Source of the DNA: Octopus sinensis
Taxonomy: Eukaryota
NCBI RefSeq assembly: GCF_006345805.1
Contig: NC_042999.1
Coordinates: 47,926,001-47,990,000 of the forward strand
Length of the DNA: 64,000 bases
Direction of reading: 5' to 3'
The notes under the pieces were generated by a model. The model saw nothing but the letters and a program-made list of their open reading frames with translations, was not told where the DNA came from and did no database searches. How positions within the stretch are numbered: position 1 is the first letter of the stretch; each line of letters opens with the position of its first letter. Below are positions 26,268-40,559 of the stretch, piece by piece. Both the position numbers and the translations under genes were made by a program.

Positions 26268-28132
26268 TATCTGTGTTAAGTGTATAGACACTAATTTATA
26301 TTATTAGTTGCGACGTATATTTCGCAATATAATTTTTTGGGACACCTGTACTGCGTGTTCTAATGGCAGTTGGGGGTATTAAGCAGAGCGCTCACCAGGG
26401 AGCGTTTTATTGCATTATGATACAAGGTAGTAATGGCACTACTTCCCTATAACTGGTGTACATTAGTTCTCTGTAAATTGTTACATGAAAGGTTTCCTTC
26501 ATTATATAGTTGAAACCCAGTGCAAGGTTCCGACCAGCCACAATGGTGAAGCTATGTAAAGAATAGCAATATAAAATTATTTTTATATTAATATCTCCTA
26601 CATTCGCTTAGTATTTCAAGATTAGTAATATTACTTAGTATAGGAGTTAATTAATTACTATACTAGAGTGAGACTGGAATATCGAGAATATGAAGTATGG
26701 ACATCCATACATAACAACAGCAAGCATACCTCTAATTTTATCCCACCTTTCTTTCCTTCCTCGAGCCTCTGCCTATACTTTATGTAGCACGTCCTCGCGT
26801 TGTTGTTTTTATGTTCTTACTTCGTTATCCATACTTAATTCCGTACATACGTATGCACTCACACACATACACACATACACACAACCACCAAAACACACAC
26901 ATATACATACATATACTCTCACGTATATCCTAGAGAATATATAAAATGAATGTAGTTCACGGCCGTAATATTTTTTTTTATATAATGGAGTATTTGTAAC
27001 GGTGTTTTTAAAGGGTGATTTTTCAGGACATATTTTAATATTACATTATTTAGCGTGCTTCATGGGCAATTATGTTTCATATTTCCAAATAGGTCATGGA
27101 CGTATATGTATTTAATGCGTACAACAATTACACATTATTAGTGCTTCTAAGAGGTAGTTCCTGATTTATTTTAGTATTAGTATTATACACATTTGTTATG
27201 AAATTTTAGCAAGAATTTATTGTGAACACTTGCAATGTAATGTATATTAGGTATGGTACTTGTGAAAAATCATCGCACTAAGATTCTACCACCTAAACTA
27301 ACTTCATTCTGGAATTGTTTTACTACCCTAATTCGCAACTGTTTTTGTTAAATTTTATCTATCCGTGTCTCCAATAGATCAATTCAAAGGATTAGTATCT
27401 TTCTCACCTCCATGTTTCTCGTACAATATATCGTATTAATATTATTATTTATATATGTGTTTAAAAGTTCTCTTTTTTAAATTTGAAGTTCTGTTTTGTT
27501 AATTTTTTAAATCCTGATTTTTCTTCGCATCTTATTTTTAAGCAGTGACCATTGTCAGAGAATATACATTTTGCTTATTAATAATAGGCACTTTTCTTTC
27601 AGGTTTAAAAGTCAAACTATAATGCATCGCTTATAACATTATGCACATGTGTTTTCTTATAATGGTGCTCTTAATTATTGACTAATATCACATCTACAGT
27701 ACGTAATATACGTACCTTTTAATTTAAATTCTGAGAACATAGAATATTCAAATGCTTTCTTTTAAATCAGTGGCCATTTAACAATTATTCAACTGAAAAT
27801 CCCTTTCTTATGCTTTTTTATGCAATAGTATATGCCTCATTGTAGAAGCATTAAACAATCGGCATTTTAAATCACAGCCACATTAATACCTAAAGGTTAT
27901 TAACTGCTTGAATATTTCATTTAAGTTAAATTGAAATCCCTTAATTATTCGCGTGCTTTATGGGACCAACTAACGATTTTATCATTTCCTTTCCATTTTC
28001 CTCTCACTACTTCAGTTAATTTCATAATTGTTTCTATGCAACTATACCCTGTTAATATCTTTTCCACTGTTTGCTTCCTTTTCTTATCTAATTTCATTTC
28101 TCTCTCTCCCACCTCTCTCTCCCTCCCTCTAT

Positions 28133-28133
<1 letters not shown>

Positions 28134-28223
<90 letters not shown>

Positions 28224-28236
28224 CCTATCTATCTAG
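28134..28236 (+). repeat. (TATC)n microsatellite
   Basis: Perfect tetranucleotide run. Confidence 0.95.
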
Positions 28237-31039
28237 CTAGCTAGCTCTATGTCTCTTTCTCCCTCTTGATATCTAGATATTTATATATGATAACGATATA
28301 GCCAGAAAGGAAATCAAACATTATAAGTACTGATCTATATATTGCGTTTAAGAACTCATTTAATACATCCATTCTTATATCAATGAAATATACGTAGCAT
28401 AAAGAAACTTGGGATTAAATTATCGTTCATTAAAATATTGTCTTTATTTTACTTCCTTATTTCTTGTCGTGAACAATATTGATGCTTTTTCTCTGTAAAT
28501 AAAAGCATGAAATGAGTTGCAGTGCTTTTTCTCAAAATACGAAACAGCTTCAACAACATCCTACGCCGTGACAATTCGAAAATACTAGAGATCAATAGGT
28601 TAAGCTTGTTTCGCATTCTAAAATAAGAATGGCAAACTATCAGAAACTTTTAGCATGGAAAATACAAACGGGGACACAATTAAAACCTTATCTTGCTCAC
28701 ATCTCTCCTATAGATTTACACCTAATTTCCTGTGTGCAGTATCACACCTACTATCTCTCTCCTGTGCTTTACATGACAACGATTAAGGCAATTTTATCTA
28801 CAGCATGTAGTCGTTAAAATACACAAGTGTACAACTAGATATTTCATTATATTTGCTGCTGCCAATATATATCCATTTCAATCGATTGTAACTAAGTTAA
28901 ATCCGGGTTTGGTTGGTTATATTGAAAGACCTCATATCCATTTAGATTGATTAATAGGTAGACAAACTTCAAATATTTATAGAGGATGTGTTCGTCGTGA
29001 TTTCGTTTCACCAATCAGTGAAAGAATTAAATAACCTCATGCACTGTCAGGTTTCAAAGGTATAATTAGATTATTTCGGACGATTTTTCAGTCAAAGTTT
29101 ACTGTAGAAAAAAGGACTTTCAAATCTCTTTACTATGATCGTAACACAATTCAAGAAACATTTTAAAACTCCTGTTCTACGAATTTCTGACAAATGGATT
29201 AAGTGACAGCGTACTATACACAAAGTGTGGCTAATGATTTACAAGTTCTGAGTTCACATCAAATTAAAGTATTGGAGATAGTAGATTTTGTGCACTGAAC
29301 ATTTTCCCTGGTTACTATATTTAAATCATAATGACCATACTCTAGATAAATGTAAATCTCATGGCAGATGTTTTCCTGTTTTCAATCTGTATAATTTATG
29401 CACCAAAATTATACAGTGGGGTTGATTGTATCGACTGTACTTCTTCGCAAAAATTGCTTCATTTCTTGTGACCAGAAACTAATATCTTTTTCTTTTGAAT
29501 TAAAAAAAAATATGGTTTAAATTCAAAAATGTCATTTGAAATTCTTCACACATGTTGCCTTTTTAATAAAAGAGAAAGAAATTTTTTTCTGAAAGACTTG
29601 CTATATTCCTGAGAAAATTTGACACATATATTTTGCCTATTCAGGAAATTCAAAATCATTTAAATCACAAGCTAAGCAAAGATTAATTCATCGCTTTGTA
29701 GATATAATTTATAGAAAGATGTATGCAAAGTGTCTTTTGATAATTTAAAATTATTACTTTGCACATTGCATTAATAGGAAATATTCTTTTGAAGGAAAAG
29801 AACTCAATCTATATTAAGTTTCCTTGATATTAAAAGGAAAGATAACGGTTGGGCCTTATTTGCTTTTACGCTACTATCTTTTAACACATCATTCCGTTTA
29901 CAAGACTAATAAAAATCAAACGCTAGCAATAAAGAGAATATATAAATATTATGTGTAACTAATGTAACTTTGTACTTGAATATATACATACATATGTACT
30001 TAAAGAACATACACAAACACATCCGCATCCAAATGTACACAAATTCACAACGATTACAGACGCCTATAAATAAATGTCTGTGTTTTTGTGTAGTTATATA
30101 TTCTTACAATGGTGGAGGTGGGGGAGTAACTGTGTTTCTTAGTACTTTGCTTTGCAAATATAAAATCACATTTTCAATCCCACTGCAGGCTGTATGACTC
30201 AAATAACCTTTAACATTGAGTCGAGACAACACAATTTTGTGAAGTCATTAGCCGCAAATAACGATGTTGGCACCCAGGCGATAGTTTATAACAGTAATTG
30301 CAAAATATAGCGGCCCACGATGTAATTCTGATATAATTGTACATCACATTTGCAGCATATTAAGCTAAATATCCTATACATTACTAAATGGCCTGTCCAT
30401 TTGAATGAAGATCTGAAACACACATCGGGGAAATTGATGAAGGATTCATTTAATTTACTGTGTATAACAATTCATGTGTATTCACAAAGAATATATATAC
30501 ATATATATTGTTTATATATATATATAAGAATATTTTGCGTAAGAAGATAAAAAACCAAGGCTGTACAGATATTAGAGCAATTATAGATAGACGGTCTTAC
30601 AGCTGTTTCTAGGATATTAATTAATAATATCCCTTCATTAGAGACTATTAAGTGTATATATTACTCCCTGAATAACATAGTTGTTAGTAATTGTTATCTG
30701 ACCAAAAAGGGAGTGAGAGTGATTTCCGTTCTCAGATTTCTGTGTAAAACGTCCACTTGTATTACTGATTCGCTATCGTTTGTGTTCTCTTCCAAAACAG
30801 ATGCTAATGATATAAACTGGACACTCGGTCCAGTGGGGGAAGCTCCTTTCCCCGTAGATTTGATTTGTCCCTTCCCATTGAGAGTGGCGAGCCAATAAAA
30901 AAAGTAAAAGAAAAATCTTGCACTTAATGCATGCTCTTTTCTTTTTTAATTCTCCGAACTTCTATAGTTTTTCTGATTTGTTAATGAGCTACACACGCCT
31001 AACGGATGTAGCTCAATCCGTTTATTTTCAGAATGGGCG

Positions 31040-31330
31040 CTAGCTTGTGAGGCTGTGTGGTAAGAAGTTCACTTCCAAACCACATAGTTCCCGATTCAGT
31101 TCTACTGTGTGGCATATTGGACAAGTGTCTTCTATTACAGTACCGGGGGAACCAAAGCCAAGTGTATTTTGTAGACCGAAAATGAAAGAAGCACACTATA
31201 TATACGTGTATGTAAATATATGTGTGTGAGCGCGTGATATTATGTTTATATTTGTCATTACTCCCTATTTGTCACACGGTGTTGTTTTGTTTACATCTTC
31301 GTAACTTAGCAGCTTAGGCAAAAGAGGATA
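31040..31330 (+). mobile_element. Diverged SINE family B
   Basis: gaggctgtgtggtaagaagttcacttccaaaccacatagttcccgattcagttctactgtgtggcatattggacaagtgtcttctatt... aligns with 9099-9497. Confidence 0.8.
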
Positions 31331-34241
31331 GAAATAGAATCAAATTTATAAAAGAAAATACACATTGAAGTTGATTTTTTTCGATTTCACTCTTAAGGGT
31401 AAGGATATCCTAGCATCAACAGACCAATAACTGAAAGAAGTTAAAGATAAACGATAGAATAACAGCAAGTTATTAAAAGTCAACATGTAAGATTTTTTAG
31501 AGCTTTGATGTATGTTTTGATTCTATACCGTTGTATTTTAAAGAAGGGTTCTTGAGCAACATAAAATCATTCAACGATAACAGTATTTCAGTGAGAGCAT
31601 GCAGCTCAAAGAGAAATTCCGCAACAGATAATAATAATGATGGTAAATAAATAAAATCAATTGAAATAAAAACGGCTTAAGCGAGGACAAATCAATAAAA
31701 GTTGAGGTGAAGAGGATACTTGCTACCGCAGTTTAAACAGTAATACTATAAAAATTGCTCTCCCAATATTAAAGTTGAATTTTCAAACACACCTTTTCTA
31801 AACTCAATATTGATTTTGAAATCCACTATGAGCTTCACAGAAAAAATAGCAAGTAAATTTCAACATTTTATTAACTGAATATTATTGTCCTCATAATTAC
31901 AGACAGAATTTTGGTGTCACTTTTAATGTAAATTTTATTGAATGTTGTTTGCTTACTTGTCATTAACTCACGACTATTAACCTAACGTGTTAAGAAAAAA
32001 TCGTGATAGGTGACATGGCAAAGATTTAATATTTCCAGTATACTAGAGACATGAGTGATACGTTCTGCAATTACTAGATCTAACGTGGCATTGAGCTGCT
32101 AGAGCAAAGAAAGAGCAGCAGAAAGAAGTGTGTTAGACGGTCATACAACAGAACTGACCACTTGCAGGTTATAAACAGTTTCATTATAGCGATACTATAA
32201 TTCCTCACGTAATATCAATGAATCGACTTATCAAACCTGACGTAAAATGAAATGGAATTTTGGTCCACAAAAATGTAGAATCAATATACCAAACATATGA
32301 AGAAACATTGAAAAAAGGAAACAAAAATAACTTTAGGTTAACAGGAAAACGTATGGAGAGACATACTAACGATGGAAAGAAAACACAACTCCACCACTGC
32401 AGAGCAGAGCGTAAATAGGCACAGCAGCACAAGAGAATATAAAGGCAGTAACACACAATGTACAGACCTGCAGAGATAAAATTATAGTAAACAAGGTACA
32501 GACAACTGTAAACCTAACAATGACGAGTAATAGTATTAAGAAGTGACCCTTAATGCCAAGACAAATGAATAGATACAACGATTTAAATGATATTGATGAA
32601 AGTAAAAGATTGTTTGAAGAGATTAAACTTATATGAAGTGAAGACAGACTAAAAACCGAAAACATATCACATGACATAAGAACGGAGCTCTGTTCAAACG
32701 AAGAATGCTTTAGAAATACTTAAAGAACATAATATAAACATTGAGTATGCACATCATAAACTAAATGTTCTAATGCAGAACGTGTAGCCATAGCAGTAAG
32801 TATTGGAGAGAGGAGAATACTAGAAAACCTAAAATATCGAGTTTGAAAACAAAATATTCAGAAAGAAATTAATTGTAACAAACCAGAAAGTAGTAAGATA
32901 TCAAACCTAAGCCTGAATTTTAAAAATAATCTTCCGAAAAATAACGTTACGTAATGAACTTAAAAAGAGAACAAGTCGAACAGGACATTAAATTCAAATT
33001 CATCAGAAAGTCTACCGCAAGAGTAAAGAATACTCTTATTAAAATCAGCACAATGTGATGACGCTAAAGCTTACAGACGAACTATATGTCTTTTTTAACG
33101 GATTAGTATGATTTTAAAGGGCGACCTCATCCTTGGAAAAGAGCATGCCGGTAATTGTAGCCGTAGATGTTACAAATTTCAACTGCTGAGATGTGTAAAT
33201 GATAAAAAAATATAAGCGCAAAAATGATAAGTTTATAGTAGTTTTATATAGCTAACACATATTACGTATTTATCACGACGTATTGTTTGTGGCGATATAT
33301 TAAACGAGTGTATTTTCATACATGAGCAGCAGCTACATGCGCAAGAACAGAGAAAACTCTTTATTTATACGAAGAACATATATATTTACGTATCCAACTC
33401 ATAGATTCCTCAAAACCACTTCACTTATATGTGTCATTTAGTATGCTTGATATGTATAGAGAAAACTCACGACAAAACATTTTTTAAGCAATTAATGAAA
33501 GAGTAAAAACAAAGAGTAGAGGGGGATAATTCCCTGAAATATATAAAAATTTAGGTGTGGCAAACAGTGCATTTGGCTTCAAAATCCACAGAAGAAAGGA
33601 GAGTGTGAAGGCATAATAATTTGGGTTCAGAAATATTGTCATACAAGGAGTTATCACAGGCATTTTCCGAAGAAAATATCAACTTGGTGTGTTGTATGCG
33701 AGGATCATTGGCGAAGAACTAGCGGGGTACCCATATAAGGGGGTAGAATTGATTTTTGTTCTACTCTTAAACGTTACTAATTGTGCATGAGGATGATGAT
33801 GATGATGATGGTGACAATTGTTTATAATTAAGGTACAAGGTTACACATTTTGAGGGGTGGGGATTATTTGTTACGATCGCTCTCATCCAATAAAAATATC
33901 ATAGAGCATTTTGTGTGACACCCTGCGAAAACTAAAAACACACCTCTCTTCGCATATTATAAGTGGTTTAAGATCTAATCAAACGGGCAACCAATTTTAT
34001 TGATATTGGAAAGAAGAAATATATTCATTCTCTAAAGGGGGAAGATATGACATTAGTATTTTGACTGATACTCTAAATGATTCCACTAATCATTTTGCGA
34101 GGCCTCCTGGCGATTCTGCTGCACACTGCCATTACGGTGCTGTCAGTCAATCACCCTTAAATTAATAATGTTTTTTATTGAGACAGAATTCGGTTAGTAT
34201 GAGGAATGTAGGTTAGCTGATACAAAGAAGTACAGTATTAG

Positions 34242-34380
34242 ACTGGTAATCGTTTTATCTACCGGATTGAATCAAAGGTAGAGTTAACTCCGGCTGAAAT
34301 TTAACTTTGAACGTAAACAGTCGGAAAAGATATTGCAAACCAATTTTCCTCTCGCTGTCATGATACTGCCAGTCAGTTTC
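34242..34380 (-). mobile_element. Diverged SINE family A
   Basis: Reverse complement ctggcagtatcatgacagc...ttacgttcaaagttaaattt...gagttaactctacctttgattcaatccggtagataaaacgattaccagt. Confidence 0.6.
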
Positions 34381-35469
34381 TCTTAGCGTAATAAGAATAA
34401 TAGCAAGAACAATAACAGAATAAAAAACATCGGTCTGAAACGTATGTATTAACACTGAATATTTGTCAACGAAAGGATCAGTTATTGCAGACATTATATA
34501 GCATAAAATAAATGGAAAAATCATGATGCATAATGATTTCAAAAGAGTATGTTAGATATATTCTTTAGGTTATTAGCGTCACGGAGCATCAACAAAACAG
34601 CTTTAGTTATAAAGAAGCATATCGATCACATTTTATTAAATAGAAAAAAAAAAGAAATTCAAAACAATTGATTTTTAATGAGACGACAACACCTTGCGCT
34701 GTACTTATAAGAAAATGAAAATGTTCTAGTAAACTTCAAATTCACAATTTATATTAGGTTAGCTTTGGTAGGATTAAACAATTTTGCAGAAATAAACAAA
34801 TGACTATTCTAAATAATATGAACATGTTTAAGCAATGGATTTTTACGTAATCTATTGACTGTTCGAGACGCTAACAAAATGTCCCCCCGAATTACATCTT
34901 ACTGTACTAAAGTGAACGTAGTGGATTGTCTCACGATTGTCTAACAAGAACCTCTGATGAGAGGCTGGAGGGCCTTTCATCATAAATCTGCTCGGTCGTT
35001 TCTTTTAATGGACGACAAGAAGCTTTCATTGCCTGTCAATGACGCTTTCCTCTGCCTGTTCATGACGCTCTCAGCTACTCGGAGAAAATGTAGCTAGATT
35101 AAAACTCAAGATAGAATAAGATTTAGCCAAGCAGTCAGCTACCTTGTACAGATCCTATATATCAGTCATGGTGGTAATTCAAACGACGATTGCATAAAAT
35201 ATTGTTTGTAAAAGTGGTGTGAAAATTATCACCGAACTAAAATCACAACTCCAATCACAGAAAGCTCTGCGGAAGACCACGCTAACAGTACTAAACACAA
35301 TGCGTTCAGCAGTAGACCTCAAAATAAACCGTATGAAATCACAATAAATACGGTAAGAAACCGTAGCACAAAAGCAAATACTGGGAAGTGAGGAAAGGAA
35401 ATTCATCAGGTGAAAAAGTACATCTTATTTACTTGGAAGAGATATTAAACATATTTCAAGACATGTAAA

Positions 35470-36450
35470 GTGCAGAGTAAAAATCATGGTGGAACGTGTT
35501 CTCATCGATTAAAGATTTGCCACCTGAACAAGAGACTGTGACAATTTTAAATCTCTGGAATAATATTGTCCTACGCACGCACTTAGACGCAAATGAGTCA
35601 TGGGTTGCAATAAAGACGGAGGACCTGCCATTGAGTATGTCATAGAGTATGGTATAGAAATGCCATTGCGGATGGCATTGAATATGGCATAGAGTCACAA
35701 TATTCCCGTGGGAACATTTTCTAAAGGAGTTAACATAAAACCAGCGGAAGATGTTCCATGTTGAAGGTGCAAAGTCATGAAAATTACTGCTATACAACAG
35801 CCCGCTTTTAGGAGTAGTGGAGTAGTAGACAAACATATTCAAGATAATTTGGTAGACTTCCAAGACATTAGGAGGGTGACATGGTCAGCACACTCGTGTG
35901 CAAATGAAAGAGAATGTTTAAAAATGATGAATAAGGGCATCGGAAAATATGCTCTTCATATCATTGAGCTATTAGACAATATAAACCACATATTCATTCC
36001 TGAAATGTATTGAAAGCTACCACTATGTTATCCACTATGGGTGCAATGCCATAAACAAGAATTTATCTAAAAGCAGCACTTAGACATGGAACACAGATCT
36101 ATTCTTTGAAATTGGGACCATACAATAGCATGTATTGTTTAATATGCAAATATTTCGAACTGTGGAACACATTTATCCTCATGAGTAAGTTTAGAATTTT
36201 AAAATTTCGAACAGTGTTATTCAAGAAAATGATATTAAACGTTCATTATTGCTTGAAAATAAATAATGTGGAAGCAATTCCACTGAAATGGAATAAGTAT
36301 CGCAGTGGAGACAACATAAAGAAGAGTAAAGCGAACATGGTAGTGAAGCTGGCAAGAGGAAAGGAAATTAATTTAACCAAATGGTGAGCAACTCTCAAAG
36401 AAAGTGTGTTAAGGAAAAAGAATGCCAGTGGATAATTTTAACAATTATCG
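35470..36450 (+). mobile_element. Highly decayed LINE ORF2 (apurinic-endonuclease-like) remnant
   Basis: Pieces in order: LKICHLN, ANESWV, KITAIQQP, LVDFQD...TWSA. This matches the order of APE motifs (LNxxG, QETW, AIYRPP, LGDFN...W). A-rich sense strand, many stops. Confidence 0.45.
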
Positions 36451-36691
36451 ACATTGAACAATTGTAGTGTATAAATATTGGTCACTTCCATAGAATAAAA
36501 GATATACATTATATGCCTTGTAATTACCTTCGCATTCGATGATCTCCTAAAGAGTGGAATAGTCTGGGATATACGCCCAGAATATTTTATGAAATACTTG
36601 GAAGCAAAGATAAACTATTTAAAATAATAACCTTGTATTAAAATCACAAACACACGCACACACACACATATATATGTATGTATATATATAT

Positions 36692-36733
<42 letters not shown>

Positions 36734-36989
36734 TACTACTACTACTACTATGTGTGTGTATACTACAGTTTTTTAGTATCATTTTAACTTACTACACACA
36801 CACACACATATGTACGTATATGTATATTCAGATTTAGCCAAAAGCCAACCGACAGTAAATCAAAATTCCATAAATACTATCTGTAATTCTGTATGGAAAA
36901 ATGTGTCGCTCAACAAATGATTCAGTTTGAAGAATTTCCTTAATGTTTGATACTTGCGGTATGGGCAGTTGCCCCACCTTGGTGGAACT

Positions 36990-37256
36990 ATGTGTGAGCT
37001 CTGCTTAAAAAGGTCTCAGTCGTGGATACCTGAAAGAGAGATTTTGTTCAACAAACCGGAGACGCTGGAAAGAGTACGGGCGTGCGAAAACGAAAATGGT
37101 TGGCATTTAAGCAATGTTATTTTTTTCATATGTGATGTAGAGGCGTTGCAAAATTTTGCGTGTGCATCTTAATTCCCATTATATTGTATCAAAATTTCTT
37201 GCGTTTATTTGTAGAGTTTTTAAAAATTGAAACCTATCAGTGACTTTTGGGACACA

Positions 37257-37261
<5 letters not shown>
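36990..37261 (+). mobile_element. 3' end of Tc1/mariner-superfamily (Tc3-like) element with TIR
   Basis: GYLKER..NKPETLE...RVRACENENGWHLSNVIF C-terminal motifs; ends gtgacttttgggacacagtgTA next to (TA)n. Confidence 0.75.
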
Positions 37262-37303
<42 letters not shown>

Positions 37304-37323
37304 TCCCATACACATATGTACAA

Positions 37324-37406
<83 letters not shown>

Positions 37407-37411
<5 letters not shown>

Positions 37412-37920
37412 TGTGGGGTAGAGAGGATGGGAGTTTTTGAAGTCGCTATTACCTCAGCTCCACTGGAAGCTACATATGTCCGACAGGTATCATTCTGTTC
37501 GTGTTGTCTTAGATTAATTTTCTTTTCTGTTCAGGTGAAGCCATGGCGTTGTTGACGATAGAATATCGCGTGTTTGCCTACGACTGATGCGTGAAGAATG
37601 ACGAGACTGTTACACCAATTCAGCGTATGTTTTGGCAGCGCTTCATCATTCACATTCACCGAAATCAGGCTGTTCCCACCCGTAACACAATCTTAGGAAC
37701 AGGAGACCAGTGGGGCGCCACAAACGGTATGAATCCGGGAAAATGTGGAATACGTCAGAAAGCTCTGTAACAGAGTCTGAATCATTCTGCTTGGAAGTAT
37801 TCCATTGAACTTGGCATCGGTAATCAATCGATAAGGCGTATTCCGTATGAAGACTTGCATTTCGACTCGTACAGCCATACCAGCGTCAACAACCTGCCGA
37901 CAGAAACGAGTAAATGTGTG
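37407..37920 (+). mobile_element. 5' end of Tc1/mariner-superfamily (Tc3-like, N-terminal HTH) element
   Basis: Starts TAcagtgtg after (TA)n. MALLTIEYRVFAYD*CVKNDETVTPIQRMFWQRFIIHIHRNQAVPTRNTI...HSAWKYSIELGIGNQSIRRIPYEDLHF is typical of the N-terminus of such transposases. Confidence 0.8.
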
Positions 37921-38650
37921 CCAACAGGAGGCAAATAATGCCTGTAAACCTCTTACCTCAAGGCATCAATAAATGTTGAATCACTTATCCCCAATGTATC
38001 AATGTATGAAATGCAGTCAGTAAAGGTAAACTACCAATGCTTACCTGTCGACTATAGCAATAACAGTAAAACAATCGACCGGAATATTTCTGAAATTGAA
38101 AGTTACAAAACAATATATATAACTGCATGTCCACGTAAATGATATATTAGACAACTATTATTATAAGTAGGCAGGTGCACATGGAGACTGAGAAAAGTGA
38201 CACAGTTCGTAAAAAGTCTGGTGTATGCGAAAAATATGTATACTGTAGTCTAGAATAGTGAGATTAATATAAGTTTTCCATGCATCACAGTGCGGTATGC
38301 GCAACACAATCTAATTGTACAATTTATATCGAAACCTTCAGCGAAACTCACGCTTTTATGACAAGGGACATGCATAAGATTGGATTCAAATAAAGACATG
38401 AAGAGAACTTCAAAGCTGCCCTCAGGCACATTCGGAGCGAGGAATCATGTCGATATCGGTGAGGATTGAATGAGATTATATGTAAACCTAATCTAACAGA
38501 GGGTAGAATTTTCATCGGCATGTGTTGAGATTCAAAATGTTTCATATTTCCTTAAGATTATATATATTTACTAAATGTGTATTCCCTATATATTTACTTA
38601 ATTACGTGTATCCTAAAAAAAATATTATATATGGTAGTATATGTGTGCCA

Positions 38651-38815
38651 AAAGGCAGCGATCTGGCAAAATGCATAGCGGTATTTTGTCGTCGCTACGT
38701 TCTGAGTTCGAATTCCATCGAGGTCGATTTTGCCTTTCATCCATTTTAGATCGATAAAATAAGATCTAGTTGTGTAGTGGGTTCGATGTAATCTACTAGA
38801 ACTTTCTCCAGAAAT
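38651..38815 (+). mobile_element. SINE family A
   Basis: aaaaggcagcgatctggcaaaatgcatagcggtatt...gttctgagttcgaattcc..gaggtcgattttgcctttcatcc. Confidence 0.8.
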
Positions 38816-39048
38816 TACTGTGCTTTTTAAAAATTTGAAACTTTCTATTATACATTGTAAAGCATATATGAGGTGAACTTGAAGGCAATAACGATCTTAA
38901 TATCAATAATATAATTAATGATTTCTCTAGAAAAGAAGAGCTAAAAGAAAAATGAAAAATGTATTATATTATTATATTTGTAAATACTACATTTATATAT
39001 AATGAATTATCTTCTTCATACACAATACATACATACATGCATACATAT

Positions 39049-39125
<77 letters not shown>

Positions 39126-39644
39126 GATGCAATTCTATTCATATCGTTTAATTTTAATATCACTGGAAAAGTTTGCAAAAACAGTTTTCTCTTCAATAAT
39201 TTCCATTTCACTAGGAGTTATTCTTGCTTATTCTTACATATGAAGAATTAAAAAGTTATTATTCCACTAGAATGAATTCAATATGTAAATATTTTCTCTT
39301 CCAGCGTAAGGATTTATTCAATTGCCATTTATATTTTTGCATGTTAGTATACAATGAACTACTATGCTATAGCTTAGATATATATGCTCTATTTACGTAT
39401 ATGGTTAATTACTTTAAGATTTTGCAAGCAACTGGAATTAATTTAAATTGGTATTGTTAATACATACGTTTCCAAATACTCTTTTATTTTCTATCTATTC
39501 TCTTTTATAATTCTATTGTTAATTGCCAACTTATTTGCACCGTTGTTAGGGCGACTCTGGAGTTGAACAATTCTGTAGCACGAAGTAAAAAAGAATATTA
39601 TCAGCGGCTAGAGATGGTTATAAATCTCTTAAACAGTAAGAGAA

Positions 39645-39915
39645 TTATAGGACGTCGATATAATCGACTTAATCCGATTGTCTGCCCTTGTTAGTTCTCT
39701 CTGTGTTTACCCCTTGTGGGTAGTAAAGAAATAGGTATTTCGCCTGCCATTACGTTCTGAGTTCAAATTCCGCCGAGGTCGACTTTGCTTTTCATTATTT
39801 CGGGGTCGATACATTAGGTGCCAGTTACGCACTGGGGTCAATGTAATTGACTTAATCTCTTTGTCTATCCTTGTTTGGCGCCTGTGTTTAGCCCCTGGTA
39901 GGCTATAGAGAAATA
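39645..39915 (+). mobile_element. SINE family A headless tandem units (~1.4 copies)
   Basis: 3' part of one unit joined through gaaataggtatttcg to a complete headless unit, the same junction as at ~2037. Confidence 0.85.
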
Positions 39916-39999
39916 ATAGAATTAAAGGACAGAAGAATAATACAATAACAAGTTACATAAAACATCGAATTGCCTCCACAGCCCGATGAATTCTCACCA

Positions 40000-40470
40000 C
40001 AACAGGTAGATGTGCAAGTAATGGACACTGGTTGTGTTAATTATAGCCGCTCAGGAATAAGTCATGAGGACATATCTCATGACGATAAATGTCGACAAAA
40101 TTCGACACAGGTAAATGCCAGAGAAATGTTGTAAGATAGCACAAAAGCAATATTAGCGCTGAAATGACCATGGAGGTAAAAGAGTACACTGGGAGTGTGG
40201 CTTCAAAATATCAGGAAATTGATAGGGACACTAACCAGTAGAGATTATTGGACACAGAACTGAGAATTCAGCCCATAGTGACAGTTGCAACTGGAACCAC
40301 ACTAAAATAATGCGTAAGGGACCGTAGGATATTACAATTCAGATTCACAATACTGACTTGGAGAAATGTGCTATTATGTATACTGCAAGAAACTTAAGCA
40401 AGACTCTTGAGACTTGTCGATAAACCTCACAATAAGATCACCGCTAACTATCATAACACGTACAAAAAAG
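40000..40470 (+). mobile_element. Decayed R4/Dong-like LINE 3' fragment (#1)
   Basis: KYQEIDRD...LDTELRIQPIVTVATGT...IQIHNTDLEKCAIMYTARNLSKTLET resembles the RLE C-terminus (KYQDL..RLW...PIVIGALG...LQKSALLGTARILRKVL). Confidence 0.55.
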
Positions 40471-40559
40471 ACATGAAGAAGATTTATACAAGATGGGATT
40501 ACATTACACAATTAATTCTATATAGCCACAATAGAAGTTGCTGAAGAAAATAGATGGGA

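Noticed and set aside
26320-26350. tttgggacacctgta, Tc1/mariner TIR-like end
   Set aside because: An isolated ~15-bp match without associated transposase sequence or partner TIR.
30713-30898. Acceptor-like ...aaaacag| followed by DANDINWTLGPVGEAPFP
   Set aside because: A single plausible splice site with no homology or partner exon; within chance expectation.
34950-34985. CTGATGA followed by a GAGGC/GCCTT stem (hammerhead-like)
   Set aside because: No GAAA or stem III/I follows, so the motif is incomplete.
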